Origin: Spirochaetia bacterium
GTDB taxonomy: Bacteria > Spirochaetota > Spirochaetia > SZUA-6 > Bin103
DNA: 64,000 nt
Reading direction: 5' to 3'
Assembly (NCBI GenBank): GCA_965208575.1
Contig: CBDBOV010000004.1
Span: forward strand, 192,001-256,000
Part shown: positions 39,322 through 48,600 of the stretch, in pieces
Layout: every line of letters begins with the position of its first letter
Position numbering within the stretch: the stretch's first letter is position 1
The notes under the pieces: generated by a model
Database searches by the model: none
Seen by the model: the letters and a program-made list of their open reading frames with translations, nothing else
Told to the model about the DNA's origin: nothing
Program-made: the position numbers and the translations under genes

Positions 39322-40314
39322 ATGGTGCTTGCCCCTCAACCCTGCGTGGATACCAGCGGCGCGCGGCTGAGTGCTCCGCCCCTGGAAGCGTTGCGTGAAG
39401 CGCTCGCCCGCGGTCTGCAGGCCAACTACCGCGATGTTCGCGTGCGGGTGGTGCCCTGCCCCGACCTGCGCCGTGTCGGCTGTTCGTGGGCCGGCCTGGG
39501 GGGCTCGCCGGGCATTGTCGACGTCGGCGGCGAGCCGTACGCCCACAACCCGCGTTACCGCGACGTCCGGTTCGCGGTGCCGGACGTGCTGCGCTGCACC
39601 GGCCTCGCCGGCACCGGGGTGCTCGGCGCCGGCATGGCGTGCCCGGCCCACATCGATGGCCACTGCGGCGAGGTGATCGCCAACCTCGACGTGGGCGTCC
39701 GCGACCGGTCGCGGGTGGCACGGGTGGACGAAGGGGGACGCTGCGTGGTGGAGCCGTACGGCGCCGGCGTGTTTGCCGGGCTTGCCAACCTGTACGTGTG
39801 TGACGGCGCCCCGGGGCCGGTCCTGGAAGTGGAGGTCGGCCACCGCATCGGCGCGGAGGGGTCCCTGCCGCAGGCGATGCGGTCGGCCCTGGCGCCGCTG
39901 GCGGCGACCGGGCTGGGGCCAATCGCCCTCGGCGGCGTGTTCGAGCTGGTGGCCGGGCAGATCCGCAGCCACGTCATGCCTGACTACGACTGCATCGACA
40001 TGCCCTACTACGACGCGGAGCGCGACGAGGTGGTCGGGGATTTCCTGCGCTTCTTCGAACCGGTCGGCCCCGATCTGGTGTGCTTCTCGGTGCTGTGGAC
40101 CGGCGACCCGACGGGAGGGGCGCTGGATCTGCGCCCGTCGGGCGAACACACGCACTTTTACCACCCGCGCGATCCCGGCCTCGGCGGCCACTACCACCAC
40201 GACGTGACGCCGGACGCCGTGCACTACCGCGGCTGGTTTGCGCCGGCGGAAGCGGTCTACCGGGTGGGCAACATCTACGCGCGGCTGCGCAGCATGGAAG
40301 ACCGCGTCGCCTGA
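39322..40314 (+). CDS. DUF1907 / C11orf54 (PTD012)-like zinc protein
   Basis: V.VVPCPDL, DVGG, HVMPD, EHTHF...GGHYHHDVTPDAVHYRGWFAPAE.VYRV, as recalled for the C11orf54 signature. Confidence 0.8.
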   Translation: MVLAPQPCVDTSGARLSAPPLEALREALARGLQANYRDVRVRVVPCPDLRRVGCSWAGLGGSPGIVDVGGEPYAHNPRYRDVRFAVPDVLRCTGLAGTGVLGAGMACPAHIDGHCGEVIANLDVGVRDRSRVARVDEGGRCVVEPYGAGVFAGLANLYVCDGAPGPVLEVEVGHRIGAEGSLPQAMRSALAPLAATGLGPIALGGVFELVAGQIRSHVMPDYDCIDMPYYDAERDEVVGDFLRFFEPVGPDLVCFSVLWTGDPTGGALDLRPSGEHTHFYHPRDPGLGGHYHHDVTPDAVHYRGWFAPAEAVYRVGNIYARLRSMEDRVA

Positions 40315-40534
40315 CGAGCATGACGTCCCGGCGTTGGTGGCCGTTCCGCGGCTTGCCGGCCGCCGGCGTCGCGGCGGGTCTGCGCCTCCGGAACTCGCCA
40401 ACTGCTCGTGACCCCGGGCGTCGACTTGCCAGCTCGCGGCGTCACGATGTGGCGCCGTGCCTACCGACCGGCGCGCCTCGTAACGGCAGCGACCGGCACG
40501 GTACGGCCGAGTGCAGCCGCGGTCGTGGTCGCGG

Positions 40535-41221
40535 TCACGGGGTGACCTCGCCTGCTGACCAGAAGTGGGTGATGACGGCGTAGCGCGGGGTGCCGGTGGC
40601 GTTGCCGCCGGCGTAGTGCAGCGTGCGGCAGTGGTGGAAGGTGGCGTCGCCCGGCTGCAGGGTGACGGCCACCGCCTTGCCGGCGTCGGCGGTGGTGGCC
40701 AGGGCGCCGTTGATCTCCGACCGGTCGGCGATGGAGACGTGCTCCCGGATCGGGCCGCGGTGGCTGCCCGGAATGAACTGCATGCCGCCGTTGGCCTTCC
40801 ACGCCGGGGTCAGCGCCAGCCAGCAGGTCACGGCGCGGCCCGAGCCGTTGCGGTCCTGCCAGTAGCCGGCATCCTGGTGCCAGTCGGTCTGTGCCGGATA
40901 GTGCGCCGGCTTCATGATGAGCTGATCGTACTGGTACGCCGCGTCCGGCCCGATCAACCGCCTGGCCGCCGCCAGCGCGCGCCGGAAGTAGGCGTGCCCG
41001 CGCCAGTGCGCCATGTGCTGCGACGGATTGGCAAACTGCACCATCGCCCCCTTGACCCGCCGGTCGCCAAACGCCGGCACCTCGATCTCACCGCGCAGCG
41101 CCCGGTCGTAGTCGGCCAGCAGCTCCCCCACCTGCCCTTCCTCGATCAGTCCGCGCAGCACGACGAATCCGTCCCGCCAGAACGCCGCGACTTGTGTCCC
41201 TTGTAGCGTTGCTGTACTCAC
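40535..41221 (-). CDS. PhyH family Fe(II)/2OG oxygenase
   Basis: DWHQDAGYW, NGGMQFIPGSH, PGDATFHH..TLH, R. Confidence 0.92.
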   Translation of the reverse strand: MSTATLQGTQVAAFWRDGFVVLRGLIEEGQVGELLADYDRALRGEIEVPAFGDRRVKGAMVQFANPSQHMAHWRGHAYFRRALAAARRLIGPDAAYQYDQLIMKPAHYPAQTDWHQDAGYWQDRNGSGRAVTCWLALTPAWKANGGMQFIPGSHRGPIREHVSIADRSEINGALATTADAGKAVAVTLQPGDATFHHCRTLHYAGGNATGTPRYAVITHFWSAGEVTP

Positions 41222-41307
41222 GGCGCCCCAGCATCCGCTACTCGACCAGACCGAAACTCGCCGCCACGGATTGCATGATTGGCGTCAGGCCTGAGATAAC
41301 GCAATAC

Positions 41308-41937
41308 TCAGTCGTCCAGGTCGCGATGGGAGACGGAGTCCTCGTCTACCCAGTCCTCCTCTTCCCACGTCGTTCCTTGGCGGCCCGGGACTTTGCGGGT
41401 GGGACCGGCCTTGTAGATTCGACAGGAGAGCGGTCCGTAGCAGAAGGTCTCCTCACGATAACGCTTGTGGGCGGGGTTCCAGTGGTCGACGATGATTTCC
41501 ACCGGCATCCGGCACCCCCAGATGCAACTCGTGCACGACGCCGAGTAGGTCCGTGCGGCGAGGCGTCGGCAGCCGCGCTCGCGGTACGCCTCAAGGTCCG
41601 GTGGCACTCCATGCCACGGCGGCGGCGCACCGGCTCGGTCCGCGCGGTGCAAGACCTTGAGCTTGGAGATTCGGTACAGTTCGGCGGTCTCCCTGCGCGC
41701 ATCGGGAACGGGTACGCCCATCCCGCTCAACGTGTTGCCGACCTCGATGCGATGCCTGGCGTGCGCCGCCTCACCAATGGCGATGGCGAACATGCGCGGT
41801 TCCTCGTCGACCGAGCCGGCGAGCCGGAGCACGTAACCCAAGTAGGTGTGGCTGCGTTGGTCGAACGACCGCAGCAACCGGATCCGCGGCTGAATCGACA
41901 CCACCACGCCGGACCACATGAGCGCCATGGGCGTCAC
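41308..41937 (-). CDS. Hypothetical protein with a beta-rich (OB-like) N-terminus and a Cys-rich C-terminus
   Basis: Coding-like sequence; C-x2-C-x3-C...C-x5-C pattern; start inferred. Confidence 0.65.
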   Translation of the reverse strand: MTPMALMWSGVVVSIQPRIRLLRSFDQRSHTYLGYVLRLAGSVDEEPRMFAIAIGEAAHARHRIEVGNTLSGMGVPVPDARRETAELYRISKLKVLHRADRAGAPPPWHGVPPDLEAYRERGCRRLAARTYSASCTSCIWGCRMPVEIIVDHWNPAHKRYREETFCYGPLSCRIYKAGPTRKVPGRQGTTWEEEDWVDEDSVSHRDLDD

Positions 41938-42131
41938 GGCCCCACCCTCGTGCCACTGATCATCAAGACTCGGAAGTGTCGCACATATTTCCGGCGGCTG
42001 CACGGGAGTCCGAGCAACCGAGCAAATCGCGCTGTCTCCTCTCCTCTGTGCATGGTTTGTCTCTGGCAACGGTGGGGCTAATCTCGTGAGGAGAGGTGGA
42101 TAGTGGCAGTCCAGACCCGCCAGACAAATGC

Positions 42132-42284
42132 AAGGCCGATCGCCGATCGCGTATCCAGGAGACCGCGATCAGTGCGGAGGCGATGTTGCCCGGCGGTCCC
42201 TACGATTTGTGGCGCGAGGACGAGATTGCGCGGCGGGTCAAGAACCTAGTGGAGGCTATCGCGCAGTTTCCGAAGCTGCCGAAG
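42132..42284 (+). pseudogene. Gene fragment resembling an internal segment of DUF499 ATPase proteins
   Basis: KADRRSRIQETAISAEAMLPGGPYDLWREDEIARRVKNLVEAIAQFPKLPK; family match is from memory only. Confidence 0.4.
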
Positions 42285-42448
42285 CAGCAGCTGGCGTGGC
42301 GCTGGCTCAGGCGTCGAGGCCGTAGGGGTCGTCGTAGATCTCCTGCCACATGCGTCCGCCGGTTGCCAAGCCGGCATCGTGGCCTTGTGAGCGTCGGGGC
42401 GGCGCAGGTAGGATACGGCGTGCGGTGCGGGCGGCACCGCCGGCCACC

Positions 42449-45260
42449 ATGACCAAGGCAGGAAAGAGAGGAAAATCGAGGCGCAAGCGGCGGCCGCGAG
42501 ACGGACCGCCGCCGACGGTCGGGTGGATCTCGACCGACGAGGACGAGATCACGCGCCGGCAGTGGCGCGGGCGCACCGAGATCGACCGGGTACTTCCCGT
42601 CGACGCAAATCACCACCCGTTCGGCGATTACCGGGTCACCTCGTCGAGCGGCCGCAGCTACGTCGTCGAGATCCGCTCCCTGAGCGAACGCATCAACTCG
42701 TGCGAGTGTCATGATTACCGCACCAACCGGCTGGGCAGTTGCAAGCACGTGGAGGGCGTGCTGCATCGGATCCGGAACGACCGTGCGCTGCGTGTCCGGG
42801 CCGGAGCTGCCAGCCGCCGCATCGAGATTTTCCTCGATGAGGGCGCCGGACGTGCGGTGCGTGTGACCACCCCTGCCGAGCCTGCTGGCGCCGAGCCTGA
42901 TCTCATGGAGGAGGTGCAGCGACTGTGCGTCAACCTGCGCCGCGGCTCGCAGCGTGCGCTGCGCACGCTGCACCGGTTGGCGGACTTGCATCCTGATCAC
43001 CTGCGGGTTTCGCGCTTGCTGGAGGGCTGGACCGCCGCACGCCGGGCGGTGCGGCGCCGGCGGCGCGAGTACGACCGCTTCCGGGCCAGTCTGACTGCCG
43101 ACGGGGCGCGGGAGCTGCTCAAGCAGCCGCTGCTGCCCTACCAGGTCGACGGCGTGCTGCACCTGGTGTTTCGGGAGCGCGCGCTGCTGGCCGACGACAT
43201 GGGCCTCGGCAAGACCGTGCAGGCGATTGCCGCGTGCGCCCTGCTGCGCAAGCTGCGCGGCATCGAGCGCGTGCTGGTGGTGTCACCCGCGTCGCTCAAG
43301 GCGGAGTGGGAAGAACAGATCGACCGCTTCTCGGCGTTGCCGGCGCGCGTGGTAACGGGCAACCGGCTAGTGCGGCGCGCGGCGTACCGCAGCCGAACCT
43401 TCTTCACGCTGTGCAACTACGAGCAGATTCTGGCCGACGGCGACGACCTGCTCGACCTCCTGCAGCCGGAGGTGGTGATCCTGGACGAAGCGCAGCGCAT
43501 CAAGAACTGGCAGACCAAGACCGCGAGTGCGGTCAAGCGGTTGCACAGCCGCTATGCGTTCGTCCTCACCGGCACGCCGCTGGAGAATCGCATTGACGAG
43601 CTCTACTCCATCGTTCAGTTTCTCGACCCCGACGTGCTCGGCCCGCTGTTTCGCTTCAACCGGGAGTTCTACGAGCTGGATGACAAGGGCCACCCGACCG
43701 GCTACCCGCAACCTCGAACGGCTTGCCGACCGCGTCGCCCCGGTAATGCTGCGACGCCGCAAGGAGGAGGTGGAGCACGAACTCCCGAGCCGGATGACGA
43801 AGACGTTCTTCGTCCCCATGACCGATACCCAGCTCGACGTGTACGAGGACTACGAGTACTGGGCACGGCGTCTCGCCGCGATTGCGCAGCGCCGCCCGCT
43901 CACCAAGGAGGAGTACGAGCGCCTGCAAATGTTCCTGGCCTGCATGCGCATGGTGTGCGACACGCCCACCATTCTCGACGGCGAACGTCACGAGTGTCCC
44001 AAGCTCGACGAGATCGAACGCCTGCTGCCCGAACTGCTGAGCGACCCGCAACGCAAGATCCTGATCTTCTCCGAGTGGGTGCGGATGCTGGAACTGGTGC
44101 GCGAGTGCGCCGTCGCCGCCGGCGTCGAATTCGCCTGGCACACCGGGTCCGTGTCGCAGGTACGGCGCCGGGCCGAGATACACCGCTTTCGCGAGGACCC
44201 CGAGTGCCGGCTGTTCCTCTCTTCCGAGTCGGGGGGCGTAGGACTCAACCTGCAGGCCGCCGACACGGTGATCAACCTGGACCAGCCGTGGAATCCGGCG
44301 CGATTGGAGCAGCGCATCGCGCGCGCCTGGCGCAAGCATCAGACGCGTCCGGTCACGGTGATCAACCTGGTGAGCGAGAAGACCATCGAGCATCGCATGC
44401 TCGGGCTGCTGGACGCCAAGCGGGCTCTCGCGGACGGCGTGATCGACCGGCGCGGCGATCTGTCCGCGATCCGCATGCCCACCAGCCGCGCAGCGTTCAT
44501 GGAGCGTCTGAACGCCGTGCTCGATACGGATGGCGAGCGGGACGCCGTTGCGACCGCCGAGCCTCAGCCGCGCACCGAGACCGAGCGACTGCGCGACGAC
44601 CTGGTGGCCCGGTATGGTTCGGCGTTGCAGCGCATCCTGGTCGGCGAGGATGCAGATCAGTCCGAAGATCGGGGGGCGATGCTGGTGGTGCTGGACCTGC
44701 CCGCGGCAGGCGCGGCGGAGGAAGAGCGCCGCCTCGCCGAGGCCACCGGCATGCGCGTTACGGTGATCGACGCGGCCAGCCACGAGGCGATGCAGCGCCT
44801 CGCCCGGAACGGGTTGATCACCATGCCCGGCGAGCGGTTGCGGGAGATACATCCGACTCCTGGCGCAGAACAGGAGCGAGCCGCGGCGCGGGCGGCTCGG
44901 GCGCGCACCCTGGTTGACCAGGCAGTGCACAAGCTCAAGGCTGCGGCACTGCTGGAGGGAGGCGGCTTCGCGGAGGAGGCGCAGGCGCCGGCGCTGGAGG
45001 GTGCGCGCCTTGCGGTCGGCGCGCTGGCTGCGGGACGCGGCGAGCCGGAGCCGGACGACGCCGACGGGGCCGCGGCATTCCTGCTGGGTAACGGGCCGGA
45101 AGAGATACCCGACGGTCTGCCGCATGAAGCGATCCGCATCCTGTCGGGAGAGCGGGCCGACGACGGCATCGTTACCCCGGTGCGAGGGTTGGTAGAACGC
45201 ATTTCCGGGATCGTCGAAGACCTGCCCTGCTCCACGCTTGCGAGCGGCGAGGAGCGGTAA
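42449..45260 (+). CDS. SWIM Zn-finger + SNF2 helicase with a C-terminal extension; one frameshift (extra C at 43705-43707)
   Basis: CEC...CKH SWIM; ADDMGLGKT, DEAQ, TGTPLEN in the first frame; LIFSEW, GGVGLNLQ, WNPARLEQRIAR in the second frame. Confidence 0.88.
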
Positions 45261-45263
45261 GCG

Positions 45264-46746
45264 TCACTCCCTCTGTCGCCGGCCCGCGGACTTGTGCCAC
45301 CGCCCGCGTAGCGTGTGCAACTCCTCCTGGAATCGTTTTTCATCCGGGAGCAGGGCGATAGCCCGTTGATAGGACTGCTCGACCTCGTGAACTGGTGCTC
45401 GCAGACGGTTCAGCGTGCGCCCGAGATCGCGCCTCGCCCAGCCGTGGCGGGACTTCGGCGCTTCGAGCTGAAGCACACGTTCCAGGAGCGCGCGCGCCTC
45501 ACCGAGCAGCCGCCGACTTGCGCCAGGTGCGTCCCTCGTCGAAGTCGAAACGCGGGACCGGTGATCCGTTGTCCTCCATGGCTTGAAAGATCCTCGGGAG
45601 CCCGGTGAGGCGCTGCTCGGCGAGCCGCAACTCCCTGAGGAAATCGCCGATGCGGCGATTGCGCGGTGGTACGAGCGGAATGTTCGCGTCTGGTTCCAGA
45701 TGACTCAACTCTATTCCCGCGACCGGCCCGGGATAGCTGACGATCTCGATCCGATCAGGGTACAGATACACCTTGGTGGGTTCCACGTCACTTTCCTGAT
45801 AGCCGCGGTGGTACAGGGCGTTTACCAGCGTCTCGCGTAGCGCGCGTTGCGGATAGTTTACCCAGCGCCGCACCTGGATGCGGTCGTGTTCCTTCTTCAG
45901 ATGGGCTTCCGCCAGATTCTCCAGGTAGTCGAGACAGGCCCGCAGCTGGGTAACGAGCGAGCCCTTGAACATGCGTTCTTCCTGGACTTCGCCGGCGCGG
46001 TCGGCGGCGAATTGCACCACTTCGATCCAGGCGCCGCGAAACCAGCGCTGCGGCGCATCCGAAAAGAACAGCAGGCCTACATTGCGCGGAACGCCGTGTC
46101 CATTCACCGGCACCGTGAGCCGCATGCGCCGGTAGATTTCCAGCGCGTCCGGCTGATCGATAAGACCGCTGCGCACGTCGCGCAGGTACTCCCGCACCAA
46201 CTCGGCGCGCAGATCCTCGACCCGTGCCTGCAGCGCTCTGCGGTCGTCCCATGGCACCCGCGCCGTGGTCTCGAGCAGCGCCTGCAGCATGCCGTTCGCC
46301 TGAGCATCGACGGTCTCGGCACCAAGCCGAATCCAGAACCGGCGCTCCTCCCCACGCCCTTCCGGCGCCGCGTGAGGTCTCGTATCGCTCGGTGGCACCC
46401 ACACGACGAGGATGTGACGGTCGTCCACAATCTCCGGGGACACTACCGGCTGGTAGACGGGATCGATTCTGTTGCAATTGCCGCGTATCCACTTCTGGGC
46501 AGCGGCGAGCTGGTCCGGCGTGAGACCCGCCGGGGGCAATGCTGCCCGGCCATCTGCTTCCTTCACGCCGAGCACTACGTAACCGCCGTTGAGGCTCTGC
46601 AAGTCGTTGGCGAATGCGCAGATCGTCTTCAGAACCTGCGGTCCCGTGGTCTTGGGATCCCATCCGGCCTTGAACTCGACGCGAACGGACTCCACCACGC
46701 GACAGTGGAGCAGGTCATCGAGATTGATGGGCAGCGTGCGGCTCAC
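45264..46746 (-). pseudogene. AlbA_2 (Schlafen-like) + HATPase_c_4 protein, internally deleted, with an out-of-frame TPR-like tail
   Basis: ESVRVEFK, TICAFAN...GGYVVLGV, ALRETLVNALYHR.Y, RNRRIG; frame breaks after FDFDEGRT and resumes as RRLLGEARALLERVLQL...YQRAIALLPDE. Confidence 0.75.
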
Positions 46747-46811
46747 CGTGCCTCATTGTCTCCGCGGGCGAGCACATTGACAACTGCATCCGTGCGCCCG
46801 CGGGGCGGAAC

Positions 46812-46843
46812 GCAAAGGAGGCGGCGTGAACCGCCGCCTCCTT
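46812..46843 (-). terminator. Hairpin downstream of the solute-binding protein gene
   Basis: AAGGAGGCGGCG-tgaac-CGCCGCCTCCTT, 12-bp stem; short T run on the minus strand. Confidence 0.55.
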
Positions 46844-46899
46844 GATCGAGTCGAAGTGAACGCTCGCTTGGTGCGTTCGCTGTCAGAGCGACCCGCTCG

Positions 46900-48555
46900 T
46901 CAGAGTGGCCGGACCGGGTGGCCGGTGCCGCGGTCGTGGGGGCGCGGGGTGACGCCGCCGGTGCCTGCCAGGAACTTGTCCAGGTTCTCCTGCCAGATCT
47001 CCATCAGCCGCGGCAGGCCGATCGAGTTCAGGTCTTCCTGGAACTGGTCCCACTCCTCGTCGGCGCCGCCCTCGGTGATCCACCGGGCGAGGGTCTTTTT
47101 CACCAGGGCCTGAATGTCAGGCAGCATCGTCTGTTCCTCGTTGATCTGCGCAGAGGACAACATCGGACGCGGCCAGTACATCTCCGGCCACTGGTCGGCA
47201 TAGGTGTCGTACTTCACCGTGCCGCACATCTCGGCGGCCTCGAAGATGAACATGTTCAGGTACATGTCGTTGTCGATCGAGGTGATGAACCCCGGTCCGA
47301 TGGTCTCCAGGTCGCGCCATTCCGACAGCCCGAGGCCCTCCGGGGTCGGCGCCACGCCGTAGGTGCCGTCGTCGTTCTCGATCACGCGCACGCCGAGCGG
47401 GCCCTCCATGGTGGTGAGGCTGTTGAGCGGATCGTACCAGTAGTCGATCCAGCGCATCACCACCTCGGGGTGTTCGGCGGCAGCGGTGATCGGCGCAATT
47501 CCGCGATCCCAGGAGAAGCGGTAGTTGGCCTGCGGCTCGTAGCCGGGAGCCTTCAGCGCCGGCAGGTACTCCCAGTCCAGCCAGCGGCTGGTGTCCACGC
47601 TGTTCTGCGCCCACCAGTCATTGAAGCTGAACAGTTGGTCCTGCTTGAACTTGGCAACGTAGCCGCTCCAATCGTGGGAAAACACCTCCGGATCGACCAG
47701 TCCCGCCTCCCACAGCCGGTGCAGGTACTTGGCCGTGTCCCGGAAGCCCTCCTGCGTGGGCGCGTAGACTACCTTGCCGTCCTGCACCATCATCAGGTCG
47801 CGGTTGTCGCTGAAGCCTTCCTCCACCGGCAGGCCATGTGCCCAGAAAAACGTGCTCATGCCCTGAGCACAGCCGCCGAAGTTGAACGACAGCGGGATCT
47901 CGTCCGCCTCGCCGTTGCCGTTCAGGTCGCCGGCGTTCTTTACCGCCATCAGCAGCTCGTAGTACTCCTCGGTGGTGGTGGGCACCTCGGCGCCAAGCTG
48001 ATCCAGCCACGGCTTGTTCAGGTAGGTCAGGGGACAGGTGGTGGTCCAGCTTCCCTCGTTGAGCTTGAACAGCGCGTAGATGTTGCCGTCGGACGCGGTA
48101 ATGAACGGGCGCAGCGTGGGTTTCTTGTCGAAAATCGCGGTCACGTTGGGAGCGAACTGGTCGATCAGGTCGTTCATCGGCAGGAACGCGCCCGCTTCGC
48201 CGTTGCTGACCACGTTGAAGTCGCTCAACGGCGCCCCGAACGTGTCCGGCAGGTCGCCCGACGCCAGCATCAGGTTGGTGCGCTCCAGCCACGCATCGCC
48301 GTTCACGGCAATCCAGTCGACCTCGACCCCGGTAATCTCGCGCGCCTGCTCCGGCACCATCATCTCGGAGGGATCCTTGACGTGGCTGGCCCACTTCTGC
48401 CACACCACGCTGATGGTTACCGGCTCGTCGACGATCGGGTAGCCGGTGGCGTTGAAGCCCGCGGCCTCGGCGGCCGCCTCCTCCGTTGCCGAGGCGAAAG
48501 CCCCGGCGGTCACCGCCAGCAACAGGCCGGCGGACAAGGCGAACATTCGTAGCAT
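46900..48555 (-). CDS. Carbohydrate ABC transporter extracellular solute-binding protein
   Basis: Signal peptide, GYPIVDEPVT, LASGDLPD, DGNIY, WLDQLG..VPTT.EE, DLNGNGEADEIP; GAGGA SD. Confidence 0.9.
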   Translation of the reverse strand: MLRMFALSAGLLLAVTAGAFASATEEAAAEAAGFNATGYPIVDEPVTISVVWQKWASHVKDPSEMMVPEQAREITGVEVDWIAVNGDAWLERTNLMLASGDLPDTFGAPLSDFNVVSNGEAGAFLPMNDLIDQFAPNVTAIFDKKPTLRPFITASDGNIYALFKLNEGSWTTTCPLTYLNKPWLDQLGAEVPTTTEEYYELLMAVKNAGDLNGNGEADEIPLSFNFGGCAQGMSTFFWAHGLPVEEGFSDNRDLMMVQDGKVVYAPTQEGFRDTAKYLHRLWEAGLVDPEVFSHDWSGYVAKFKQDQLFSFNDWWAQNSVDTSRWLDWEYLPALKAPGYEPQANYRFSWDRGIAPITAAAEHPEVVMRWIDYWYDPLNSLTTMEGPLGVRVIENDDGTYGVAPTPEGLGLSEWRDLETIGPGFITSIDNDMYLNMFIFEAAEMCGTVKYDTYADQWPEMYWPRPMLSSAQINEEQTMLPDIQALVKKTLARWITEGGADEEWDQFQEDLNSIGLPRLMEIWQENLDKFLAGTGGVTPRPHDRGTGHPVRPL

Positions 48556-48600
48556 CAGGTTCCTCCTCTGCTTGCTCGGTTCGTATGCTCCGATCCTAAC

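Noticed and set aside
43700-43710. Programmed frameshift in the SNF2 gene
   Set aside because: A single extra C in a short C run with no slippery heptamer; a sequencing indel or recent mutation is more likely. Reads are needed to decide.
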